Assembly (NCBI GenBank): GCA_965644295.1
Contig: CBFFRP010000373.1
Location: 186,001-250,000 of the forward strand
Length of the DNA: 64,000 nucleotides
Origin: Paraphysomonas bandaiensis
Taxonomy: Eukaryota; Protista; Chrysophyceae
Direction: 5' to 3'
The notes beneath the pieces were generated by a model. The model searched no databases, was not told the origin of the DNA, and worked only from the letters and a program-made list of their open reading frames with translations. This document shows positions 13,761-25,200 of this stretch, piece after piece. How positions within the stretch are numbered: the first letter of the stretch is position 1; every line of letters begins with the position of its first letter. The position numbers and the translations under genes were made by a program.

Positions 13761-16700
13761 TTAGAAACTAAATCCAGGCTCAGCATTTGCTTTCCTTGCC
13801 GCCATTTCTCTCTTTTTCTGCATTCTCTCCTGGACATCAAGGCAACATCAGTGGAGTACATTTGCATGAGTGCAGTCATACCTGATGCCTTAGCATAGCT
13901 TCCTGCGCACGAGAAGAGGCCATTGCGTTGACGGTTCCCTTACGATACCCGCCACCTACAACTGGAGTGGCCAAAGCGTGCGCGAGATCATCCACGCCCC
14001 CCTCATCGTTCTGCCTGGGGGGTTGGTGGTGCATTTTGTTGCTAATAGTAGGCTTCATATAGGACTGTGACCTGCTTGCATGAGACTTACGGTGGCCATA
14101 ATCATCCGATACGTCAGAGAGACGACCACCATATATCTCACGTGTATTATTTTCGTCCTCGTACGTGTTTAGGCTGGCTGGCGGAGCCGAGCCGGTGGAA
14201 TTCCTGCTTTGACTACGAGCTATGCCCCGTGCCCTACACCGGTGAAAATTAGACGTAGCAAGCAACTTAGTATGTGAACAACTCACTGTGGGACAAGTTG
14301 AGGCTTTGAGCTACTGGCAAGAAATTTATTCGTCTTATTTGCACCCGCACTACCATAGGATGGTCGCCCCGAACCATTCATAGGGGGAGACTTTGGGCTC
14401 TTACTAACCGCAGTGCCCACAGAAAAGTTGGCGGTAGCGGGGTCTTTCACAGAACGAAGAAGCTGTCGAAGATTCTCGTTTTCCTTATCTCTCGCCTGCA
14501 GAGTACCGAACGCGCGTTCTTTCTCTCGAGTTAACTGATAGATCACAATAGTTTTGAGATAAGCATATCAAATTAATACGGAACCACGTACAACTTTCAT
14601 GCTCTCCTGGGCCTTCTTTAAAGCCTTCTGCATGTTTTCAACTTCTGCAGATGCGAGACGATGGGACTCCTTTTCCTCTTGTAACCTGCGGAAGGTACAG
14701 TCACTTAATTACCATGAATGCTAAAGCAAATACAACCTTGACAATAGCTCTGCATTAGTACGAGTAAGGGCATCTATCTGCACTTCGGCGCCTTTGCGAG
14801 TCTCATCTATATTCCTTATTTTCGTATCCATCTGATTGGACAGTTTCTCCTGTGTTCTCTTACTGTCCTTCTTTAAATCAGCCATCATCTTCATAGCCTG
14901 TTGCTTCTGCCGCCGAGCCTCTGCAAGTTCTTTTCTCGTATTCTTGAGAGATTCTTCTAATGCTTTCCAAGATACATTACGCTTTGCTGTGCCAAGTTGG
15001 ATATTTCGTGCACGTGTTGCAAACTAAAACCAAAATGACACCATGCAGTGAACATTCAAGAAAATGTACCTGTAATGCGAAGAGAGTTTCATCCGTTGTC
15101 AGTTCCGTCGGACACACAGTGACAATCACTGTAATCGGGTAGACAGTCGATAAAATAAATTTAACATTGACACAGCAAAAGAAAGGACTTACTCATTGTT
15201 CTCGAGTTGCCACCAAGTGAGTCCTACAAACCCAAGTGTTATACATATTGGCCAGAATTAGGCACAGCAAAGTACCTGAAGCAGGTAAGTGAGTTTACTG
15301 TTCCTGTAAGGCACGTGTTTCGACTTCTTATCGAGGCCTTCCATAACATCTCCGAGAGCGGAAAGAGACTTGTTGATGTGCTGCGTTTCCTTCATTGCCT
15401 GCCCAGTTACTCCGCTCTTGTCCATACGTTCTGATCCAGCCAAATCGACCAAGTAGAGCTTGCCGGTCACAGGCATGCCATCATTGGAAGTGGTGGTCAC
15501 ATGAACACAGAGAATACTGTGGGACCGGGAACTATGCTCGTTCAGGTTCGTAGCAGTGGTAGCTCTGTTTGCAGACCCTCGGGCGAAAACCTCCATTACG
15601 TCCTCTAGACATGTCACAGTCTCCTTTGTCAGGCCAGGAACATTGATTCTTCCATCCGCGTCATGTCGTATGTCGAGCCCCACACTAGCGTGCCCGGGAG
15701 CTACCAGAAGATCCTTCACCTAAATACAATAAAATTATTATCACACAGATAATTTGTCATTGAAGAACTTACGGTTTCGTTGTATATCTCCAGCATGGAT
15801 ACTTCAACCGAAAAAGAAAAAGAGCTGTCACCATCATCTCCCACTGGTGGTGCGTACGGTGGTATTGAATCGGTGCTCTCCCTCTTCCCATATCCTTCAA
15901 TGCTACTCCTGCTCTCACAAGGGTTCAGTTTGCTCGCACCAGCCTCATTTAGTGTTTCCACTAACTCATCCTCGGTGAAATCACACTCAGAATCAGATGT
16001 CAAGCCACTAATGTCACCACTCTCAGGTTCCTGCACAGATGAAGATCGAAGATTACTGCTCATAGCTCGCCCATGTCTTGTGCGCGTACGACCATGCTGA
16101 GGATAAATGAGGACTTGTGATATACAGCCACGGAATACGACTTACTCGCAAACGGGCGGCGTATAATTCCGCCTGCCTTTTCTTTAGATTTAACAGTTCG
16201 AAAATCTTATGCAGTGTGCGATAACTCACACCATAGTCTGTACCGTACCCATTCTGTACATGTACATAAATTCCTAAGGATTACCTTTCTACACAACATA
16301 CAGTACCCACCATTGTAAAGGTTTTCCCGCTACCAGTTTGCCCATACGCAAAAATACAGGAGTTGAAACCATCTATTGAGGTAAAGATTTGAGCGTATAT
16401 AATTAAAGCAACTATTATCACACTCACCAACAACCGATAGTGCCAAAGGCTCAATGTCAGCAAACACATCCGCCTACACCAACCGTATATCGCCATGAGA
16501 CCACAAAACACAAATCGTCAGTATAGAGCCATTCACCTGGGTAGCATCTTCATCCCACACTTTGTCAAAATGAAAAGTCCTCCACATGTGTGTACGCCTG
16601 TGACACCGCGAAGGAATCAAAATCATTGTAACCTGAAGTGGCATCCAATGAGCACTTACTTGTCGAAACACGCTAGTTCAGTCTCTCCTACGACATCTAG

Positions 16701-18860
16701 ACATATTTTCGCCCCTTGACCAAGCTCTTGGTCACTAGGTGGTCTTGTTCGACAACACACCTGAAGAAGCCAGTTAATATACATATTCTACGAACTTGGT
16801 GAGTAAACTAACCTGAATATTTCCTTTAGCACTCTGAAGTTTGTGGAGTAAAATGGCATTATTAGCACGCATGTGGTCGTATCGGTGTAGTTGGTGCATG
16901 AGCTCCTCTTTCATCATGTTAATATCCTCCGATTCAATCGCCTGCTCAGCCGCTAGCCGAGCTCTACCGGTGGTGTCAATAAGGGCAGCGACTTCACTGT
17001 TAGATATGCTCGCGGTCTCCACAGCCACAACGGGTCGAATTGGTGTTGCTTCCTCATTGAGCCTCTCCTCTAATTCCACCACCTCTACACGAAGCATATC
17101 TCGCTCTCTAATCAGCTCTGCGCGCTCAATCTGCCATGCGGCCTCTGCCTTTTTGAGATCAGCAATAATGTCGGCGTCAGAAACAGGGGGTAAATACTGC
17201 GTTTGATTCTGTATTGTCGCCTAGAAACACACATTATGACGGGAAGAACAGTCGGTACTGTTTAGCTCTTTCATACCTCTTCCGCGAGAGAATTCATTCG
17301 CTTCACGAGTCCCTCATTCTCTGTAAAGTATAGTGTGATATATACTCAGAAATATGCGCATATTATATATCCCACTCACCTGATACCAGCTCCCTGTTAG
17401 ATGCGTTGAGTCCATTTATATCCAAGGACTTCTGGTCAAGTTTCTTCTTTAGTGTTTGGATATGTTCGTTTGCGGAAGCTAACTTCGATTTGCTGGCTTC
17501 AAGCTGTTTTTCAAGATCGAATACATCCTCTTGAGTTTTTTTCAACTTCTCCTCTAATGTCGTATTCGCTTTGTTAACTTCAACAAAAGCCCTGCGTACA
17601 GCCAGATAGATACATAAAATCACCAAGTGAGAGGGAATGATAGTGAGACGTACTCGTGTTTTCTCATTAGGTCCTCCTGGGCCACCTCCAGAGCATCGGT
17701 GAGTTCTCTGTTCTCTTCCTCTGCCTCTCCTAATCTGCATACCGTAACTTATATACAGCCATATCTATTTGTGGTTGACAACAAAGCGGGAACTTCAGAT
17801 AACAGTAGGGGAGAACGCTAGATACCTCGCATACAGATCCTCTACAACAGCTTCAAACCCATCAACTGCTTCATGCTCCTTCGAAGATGTACGCACGGAA
17901 GTTTTCTTCGCTGATTTATCCGGCAGAGATTCCCGCAGAGAGGTCACTTCAGACTCCAGAGCAACCTTTTCTTGCGTCCGCTGCTGAACTCGGGCCTCAA
18001 GTAGACCGATTTGGCTTCTCGCACGAGATAATTCTTCTTCGAAGTATGTAGCTTTGCCGAGCTTTCTTGACCATTCCTTTTCCTTGTCAGCAAAGTTTTT
18101 CTCGCGTTCTTTGTAGTCATTGAGCTCCCTATTCATTTCATGTCATCTACTACACATGACAATACTTCACTCACCCCTCCACCCTTAACAGTTCAGCCTG
18201 AGCACCAGCCAACTCTGACTTCAGTTTTTTTACTTCTTCATTAGCTTTATCAGGTCCTTGAGCTGGCAACACAAAGTGCGATAAGTTGTTCTGATAGGGC
18301 TACGTAATTCACCTACCGTCAAGTTCGACCTGGAGGTGGATGCCTGCTTCCACTGACGCATCAAGCTTCCCCTTTAGATCTTTTTCAGCTACTTCTAATT
18401 CTCTAATTTTGTCTTCCATTGCAGCATTGGACTGTTCTAACTTGCGGATGGTAAGGTTGGCTGTATCCAGGCTATTCTTGCTCTTCGTCAGGCTATCATT
18501 CAGACGGTCCTGTTCACTAGTTGCATTCGAGAGCTGCGAATAAAGATCGGCAATCTTAGTGTCCAATACTTTGTTTTTATCAGTTGCTTCGCGCAATTTT
18601 TCTTCGACCTATATCAACGACATTATATAATACGATAAGGCGGGTAAGTCACTCACATCTTCCAGTGAGGCTTCCAGCTCAGTTTCCAAATCTTTGCTCG
18701 ATTCTACATACTCATCAAACGATTGCTGGACACATCTCGTCAATTAGATGGTATACCCAGTGTTCATTAGCGATACCTTTAGTTCTTCTAACTCTATTTG
18801 TTTTGCCTCTAATTCAGCTGTGACTACTGCCAGTTTCTGCTCAGCCGCTGCCGCAGACAT
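13761..18860 (-). CDS. Kinesin-14 family motor (N-terminal coiled coil, motor, C-terminal coil and tail), multi-exon
   Basis: ATG at 18860; long coiled-coil exons; neck [12 protein letters not shown]; [50 protein letters not shown]. Last exon ends ...AEPGFSF TAA (13761-13763). Many short GT-AG introns. Confidence 0.9.
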
Positions 18861-19209
18861 GGTTTTAACAGACCACACTCGTACACAACTCAATCGAAGG
18901 GCTTATGCATTTTTCTTCCGCTATCAAATTATTACACCTTAAATGATTAATACACTCAGCTGATAACAACCCTCAGCGTCTACTCTATATATGCGGTATA
19001 TATCGTATTAAACTGAAGTTCAAACAGTGTAGAGAAGTATATCTAGAATGAGGTGGAAGTGTGGTATACCGTATACAAAAATTAGGAAAGGAGGATGAAG
19101 GATGATATAATGGCGATAGATAGTCGTCTGTACCACATGATATAACTCCACTGGTATACCATGGGTATACAATTGAATACAGATGGATTTTAAAAGTGGA
19201 GATGCGATG

Positions 19210-19496
19210 CGTAGAGGAATGAGAGGATGTTCTTTTCAGTTTAGTACTTGAAGTGACTGTATAAGATATGCATAGGGCACATAGAGGTGTATGGTGTTAT
19301 ATTATGCAGTGTGTAGTGTACGGCTGTAGAATAGAGGCATAATTTCCTCTTACTGAGAAGTTCTGTAGTAACTATAAAGAGAACCTTGCTTTGACTACCT
19401 GTAGTGTAGACTGTGTGAAAGCAACGGGGGTATTCCGTCCGTTTATTGATTTGTAACATCCGTAACATTCGACCGAGTACCGTATTTTTCTCTGCG
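19210..19496 (+). repeat. 5' LTR of Copia-1 (287 bp, CGTAGAG...CTCTGCG)
   Basis: Direct repeat of 31814-32102. The only difference I see is GAAAGC vs GAAAAGGC. Confidence 0.95.
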
Positions 19497-19508
19497 TAAG
19501 AGGAAATT

Positions 19509-21065
19509 ATGAAGAAGACAACGAACGACAAGCCAACAAGATTTGCAAGATTCGGCAAGAAACCGAGCACAGATAGACCAGAACATATACCGACTTTAAG
19601 ATACGGTGCCAACTCGAACTTCGCCACATTCAAACAGAGGCTTGTAGTGGTGGGCATGCAAAAGTACGGTGATCTTGCACGCCTAGTAGAGCTGGACAAA
19701 TATTATGAGCCCGATGCGATAAACCCAGAGGATTTTGATTTGGAAGACGACCCCTATGGAGTTAACCTCGACCTGATGAAGGACAAGACCAAGACCAGAG
19801 GGAGATTAATAGACAAGATGCGGAACGATAGATCGGCATTCTACTCATTCATGGTAGACCATCTGAGCCACGAATCAATGGATGCAGTCAAGCTATTAGA
19901 TGAATACGAGCTCATGAACAGGACTAAGGATCCTCTACTACTATGGCTGGCTATCAAACAAACCCACAAAGTATCCACTAACTCCAGCGTAAGTACAGTG
20001 GTACGAGCAGAAGCGAGGAAAAGGTACAAAGACGCTAAACAGGGAGCATATGAGAGTATAGTTACTTATAAGGAGAGGTTTGATCATCTATTAGAAGCCT
20101 ACAAAGACATGAACAACGCGGAAATGAATGAAGAGGACATCGCGATGGATTTCTTCGAAGGGCTGGACGACATGAGATATGGCGATTTCAAAACTAGCTA
20201 TCTCAACGATCTAACAATGGGAACGCAAACAGCACCTACACATGTAAATGAAATATATACTAAAGCATCAAAATATCTAACGCCGAAGAGAGCAACGAGA
20301 GCAGGCGGCGGATCCGCATTCGTGAGCAAATCGAAGTCTGACAAAGGCAAGAAATCAGCAGATAGCGATGATACACCAGAGCAGCAACAAGGGAACGACA
20401 CGAAGTCGCACAACAGCAAACGTGGTCAGAAAAAAAGGCAGCTCATATGTTGGGGCTGCGGTGAGCCAGGCCACAGAATGAACGAATGCCCAGACAGTAG
20501 CCAAGAATCAGAAAACAAGCACTGCACGACAACAATGTTGAACGCCTTCACGTCAGGAAGCGAGCCATTCCAATGGTACGAGGTATTGCTCGATAACCAG
20601 GCTGATGTCTCAGTAGTACACCCAAGACTACTGAACAATGTAAGACCGGCGTCCAAAGGATGCACCGTGGCGGGATTATCGGGACACGCACTGGAACTAC
20701 CGAATGTAGGCGAGCTAGACCAATTCTTCACCTGTAAGACAGCGGATGAGCTAAGGGCAAGCGTACTATGTCAGGCGGACGTAGAAGACATATATGAAGT
20801 GACATATAGGCAGGGAGAGTCTTTCACTGTCCACTTACCTGACAGTGATTTGACTTTCTATCGAAAGAACAAGATGTATGTGGCCGACATGCGCGACTGG
20901 GCGACGGCCAAAGTCAACGTAACGACTGTAGCGGAGCGCGAAGCCCAATATTCGAAAGTAGAAGTCGCGAGAGCACGAGAAGCACGAGACCTGATCCGAA
21001 ACTCGGGCTTCGACTCGGAGAGAGATGCTGTGCAGCTAGTGAGCGACGGAAACGTTACAGGGGTG
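19509..21065 (+). CDS. Copia-1 gag-pol, 5' part (gag, CCHC knuckle, protease)
   Basis: CWGCGEPGHRMNEC knuckle and VLLDNQADVSVV protease-like motif. Joins in frame to 28969 (VTGV|RLTP) when the Gypsy and one GGTG are removed, giving 1461 aa. Confidence 0.93.
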
Positions 21066-22260
21066 TATGAACAACTCAGGTCTTGCAACCTAAGATCACT
21101 GAAAAGATATGTGAAATGGTTGTTTGTCGAAACAACGAAACAGAAAACTATAATAATAACTCTTTAAGAAACCAACAGCCAGAAACACAAGCTCCCCTGT
21201 ATCCTGCAATCTAAAGCTCCCAATAGACAGATCAGTCAACCAACTATGTTAATTTCATAGAGAATTATTATTAAAACTAAGTTACAAGCGAAACAAAAGA
21301 CAGACCCCTCTAGCCTAAAGACTCCTCCTCATACACAGGACATTGAATGCAACCACAACCGTACAATGTGCTCATACATGTACTACACTACATACGATTC
21401 TTATCCTACATCGTTTATAGTCAAAAACTCCCTGAAATACGCCTAAATAGGTCCTTTCCAAAAAACTCCGATTTTTGAGTCCAAAAACCCAAAAATCCCC
21501 AATTTTTTGAGAATTGCAGAAAATCGCCGATTTTCGAGCCACAAACACCCAAAAATGACAATATTCGATTCCACAAAAATTGCAAGCACATTTCATGACA
21601 ACGTGAAATACACAATCGCCAACTCATGCATAATACCGACAAAATGCAATCGGGTTCAAAAGCTTACAATCGAACGGTTAAATATCATTTCCTTGCAAGA
21701 GTGTGTACTTTAGACTGGACCATACAAATACACTCATATTCAGATCACTAACATGCCCATGACACCTCTGCATCTGCGTCCAATGGCACCTTACGAATTC
21801 CTCCCCATTCCGGAGAAAATCAACGGTGTATGGCAATGGGAAAATAATCGTATATCATAGTCCGGAACGATGAGCAAGCACATAGAGCTGTTCAAAAACA
21901 TCAGAAGACTTCTCATATCGATGGGTGGACTACGAATATCGCACATGCGGTACCAATCAATGCTTCCTGACCCAAAACGCTATGACACCGACTACCGTAT
22001 GGATATAGGCGTAAACCGACGGGTAGCAATCGCGTAGATCAAAGAAAACGTGTGTTCGAGGGTAAATCCTAGTTGTCTGTCGTCTTGCCCTCGTAATAAT
22101 AATCTGTATCTCTTGTTGTCACCAATCTTATACAAAACAAGCTACATATACCCTACATATTATGTTATCATATCGTTATTGCATTAATATAGTTATCAAT
22201 ATTATTATGATGATGTCATTAAACGTGTTAAAGGGTGTTATAAAAGCCCACGGCTTTACA
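21066..22260 (-). repeat. 3' LTR of Gypsy (1195 bp)
   Basis: Near-identical to 27772-28964, with one 2-nt indel seen (ATGTGAAATGG vs ATGTAATGG). Contains an imperfect ~59-bp tandem at ~21468-21557. Confidence 0.96.
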
Positions 22261-22263
22261 TTA

Positions 22264-22280
22264 CCCTTTCTCCCCCCCCC
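22264..22280 (-). other. Polypurine tract of Gypsy
   Basis: Minus strand reads GGGGGGGGGAGAAAGGG, then TAA, then the LTR start TGTAAAG. Confidence 0.9.
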
Positions 22281-22291
22281 GGATGCCGTAG

Positions 22292-25200
22292 CTACTCCTG
22301 AATAATTTTGGGATAAGCCGCAGCGAGCGACGCATCAACCAAAATCATGCGAGCAGGTTCAAAATCCTTCTGGGACCCCCAACAATAGACCAAATAGTTG
22401 TCGAAGGCATAGTTGGAACCGTTGAGATTAAAACGGGCGCTAATCTTGCGTTTGGAATTCTTGTGATACCAATGGGTGTACGTGAATTCCATGACATACG
22501 CGGCCGTGGCATAATCCGGTAAACCAAGACTCTCGTACCACAGGTCACCGTAGAAACTGAGATCAACATAAACAGTATCTCCAACCGACACTGTTGTGAT
22601 ATTCTCTTTCCTCATTGAAGAGATAAAACGCTTCGCCGTAAACGAGTCGTACGCGAGGTGTCGCAAGTAAGGCCTAGACTCACAAAAATCGTAATATGCC
22701 TCACACTGAATATCCGGTGTCCATGGAATGTCCAAGATATCGCCGTCCGCATACTTCACCTTGAAGACCATCGTAGATTTGGTTCGTGAATCTCCCGTAT
22801 ATGAAAGAATCTCCTCCACCTTAAATTGTTCATGGTCTCGCATCGCCGCCTCAATAGCCGAATCCTTATCTCCGAAAAATGGCTCAAGATCAGAGACAGA
22901 GTATTCCCGAATTCCCCCGGTAAGAAGATTTCGAATTTGAACATCATTCTTGTATTGCCGTACCACTTCGAAAGGACCCTTCATCCTCGAGGATAATTTC
23001 GGATGTGGTTTAGCACCAGCGTCGAACATAACAAAATCGCCTGGACAATACTGGTTTTGTTTGGCAGGATCCAAACCCGCTTCCGCTCGTTTCTCGACTA
23101 GAGACTTCTGGTAGTCTGCTGATATCTGACGAACAAGAGCTAAGTAATCGTTCAGCCTTTTCAACAGCTGATGAGACGGATCATTGTCTCTCCCCTGGGC
23201 GGCCAAAAGATTCTTATAGATAGAATCCTGGGACCCAAACGTCAGTTCGAATGCAGAATACCCCGTCTCACTACTCTCGTGGGTATTCAGAATGAACATG
23301 ATAGTGGCAAGTAACAGTTCGTCCTCCAAAACAGCATCAGCCTCGATTCGCTTGTCAAAACAAATAGCACGGATGTGACGAACCACTTCCTTAATAATAC
23401 GCTCACATCCGTTGACGTGCCTGTTGGCAATACTAAATACATGACGAAGTCCTGACAACTTAACCAGTTCTGCGAAAAGTTCTGATTTGAGATCAGGACC
23501 CATATCTGATATAATCATATCCGTGAGCCCGTATGTACACCAGCACTTCCACACTGCTGTAGCTAAATTGATAGCTGTCATTCCTTTCACCGCATATAGG
23601 CACACCAATTTCGTAAACAAATTAACCATGACCACAATATGCGTGTAACCAGATTTAGAAACAGGTGTAATAGCAACCGCGTCAATTCCCAAAGCACTCC
23701 TGGAATGAGGCGGTTTTAAATGTCTAGTGATAGGAATCAATCGCTGCTTCAGCTCTCGCCTATTCTTCTGACAGTTGATACATTCGTCCACGAAGTCTGC
23801 AACCACCTTGAAAGGCACGCCGTGTCCCGGAAATTGCCTACACAGACGTTTCCACGTCTCTTTCGCACCCCAGTGTCCTGCTTGCGCGTTGTGAACCTCT
23901 TTGATAGCCTGGTAATAATCTATCCTCTGTACCTCCGTAGGCGGCGCGATCTCTTGAACGTCGTCCTCAAAATCGTCTTTTTCAAAGATGTTATGCAGTG
24001 TCACGAAGTTCACTTCATCTGAGTCGAAATCGTCACTTTCGTCCACAAATCCGGACAAATACAGCAATCTTGACAAGCAATCCGCAACCACATTGTTCTT
24101 CCCTGGGATATGACGAATCAAAAAGTCAAAATCCTGCAAATAAATTCTCCATCGAATTATCTTCGCAACTTCTGATGCCTCCATCCACACAAGGTTGTTG
24201 TGGTCCGTCTCGATTGTAAATTTCTTTCCTCTCAGATAAAACGAAAATTTCTTGACTGAATAGAATATACCAAAACCCTCCTTCTCAATAGTACACCACT
24301 TCAAGGCTTGCTCTGACAATTTCTTGGAACAGATAGCAATAGTTTGCTGTTGAATCGGACTAGACCCAGTTCCCTCAACAGTCTGGAAAAGAATGCCTGC
24401 CACTCCATAGTCACTGGCATCTGTCCTAAGTGTCCACTCAAGATCATAATTCGGATAAAACAAAGCACAAGACTGTTGCAAACCACTCTTATAGTTTTCA
24501 AACTCCTGCCTATAATCGTGCTGCCATGTCGTTTCTTCCCAATTAAAACTACTCTTAGTCATATCCGTAAGATGTTTGACCAAATCTGAGTAATTCTGAA
24601 CAAATGGAGCAAAGAATACTCCCAGACCCAACAAAGATCTAATCTTCTTACATCTATTTCCATTCTCTGGAAAAGGAATCTTCAATAAAGCCTCTTTCCT
24701 ATCGTCCGTGAGCTCGAAACTATTGTGCCTTACCAAATAGCCAAAAAACTTGATCTCCCTAAATCCTAACCAGGTCTTTGCAAATTTCAACACAACTCCA
24801 TGTTCAATGCATCTATCCAGGAAAATCTCCAGCTTCTTATACGCATCATCAAAATCATGTGCCAATAACAGAACATTATCAAATATACACAGCGCCCATT
24901 CCAGATCTCCAAACAATTTGACTACCGCTTCTTGCAACACACTAATCCCTGGAGACACTCCCTCCGGAAGGAATAAAGGCTGAAATTGGCCCCACGGTGT
25001 TTGAACTGACAATTTTTCAGATGTGTTCTCATGCAACCTGATCTGATGGAACGCATTCGTGAGGTCAATGTCCATAAATATCTTATAGCCAATAATACGA
25101 TCCAACTCATGTCTTACATTAGGAACTGTATAGTGTGGACTTGGAATGTACTTGTTGATTTGCACGTAATCCCCACAAATCCTAATAAAAGGTTTCGTGG

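Noticed and set aside
19241-19699. 152-aa minus ORF and its partial twin at 31845-32030
   Set aside because: Antisense to the LTR and gag; duplicated only because the LTR is duplicated; no motifs.
21066-21167. C-terminal tail of the 552-aa ORF and the GTG 'start' at 28966
   Set aside because: Artefacts of the nested insertion: read-in to the Gypsy LTR and the duplicated GGTG target site.
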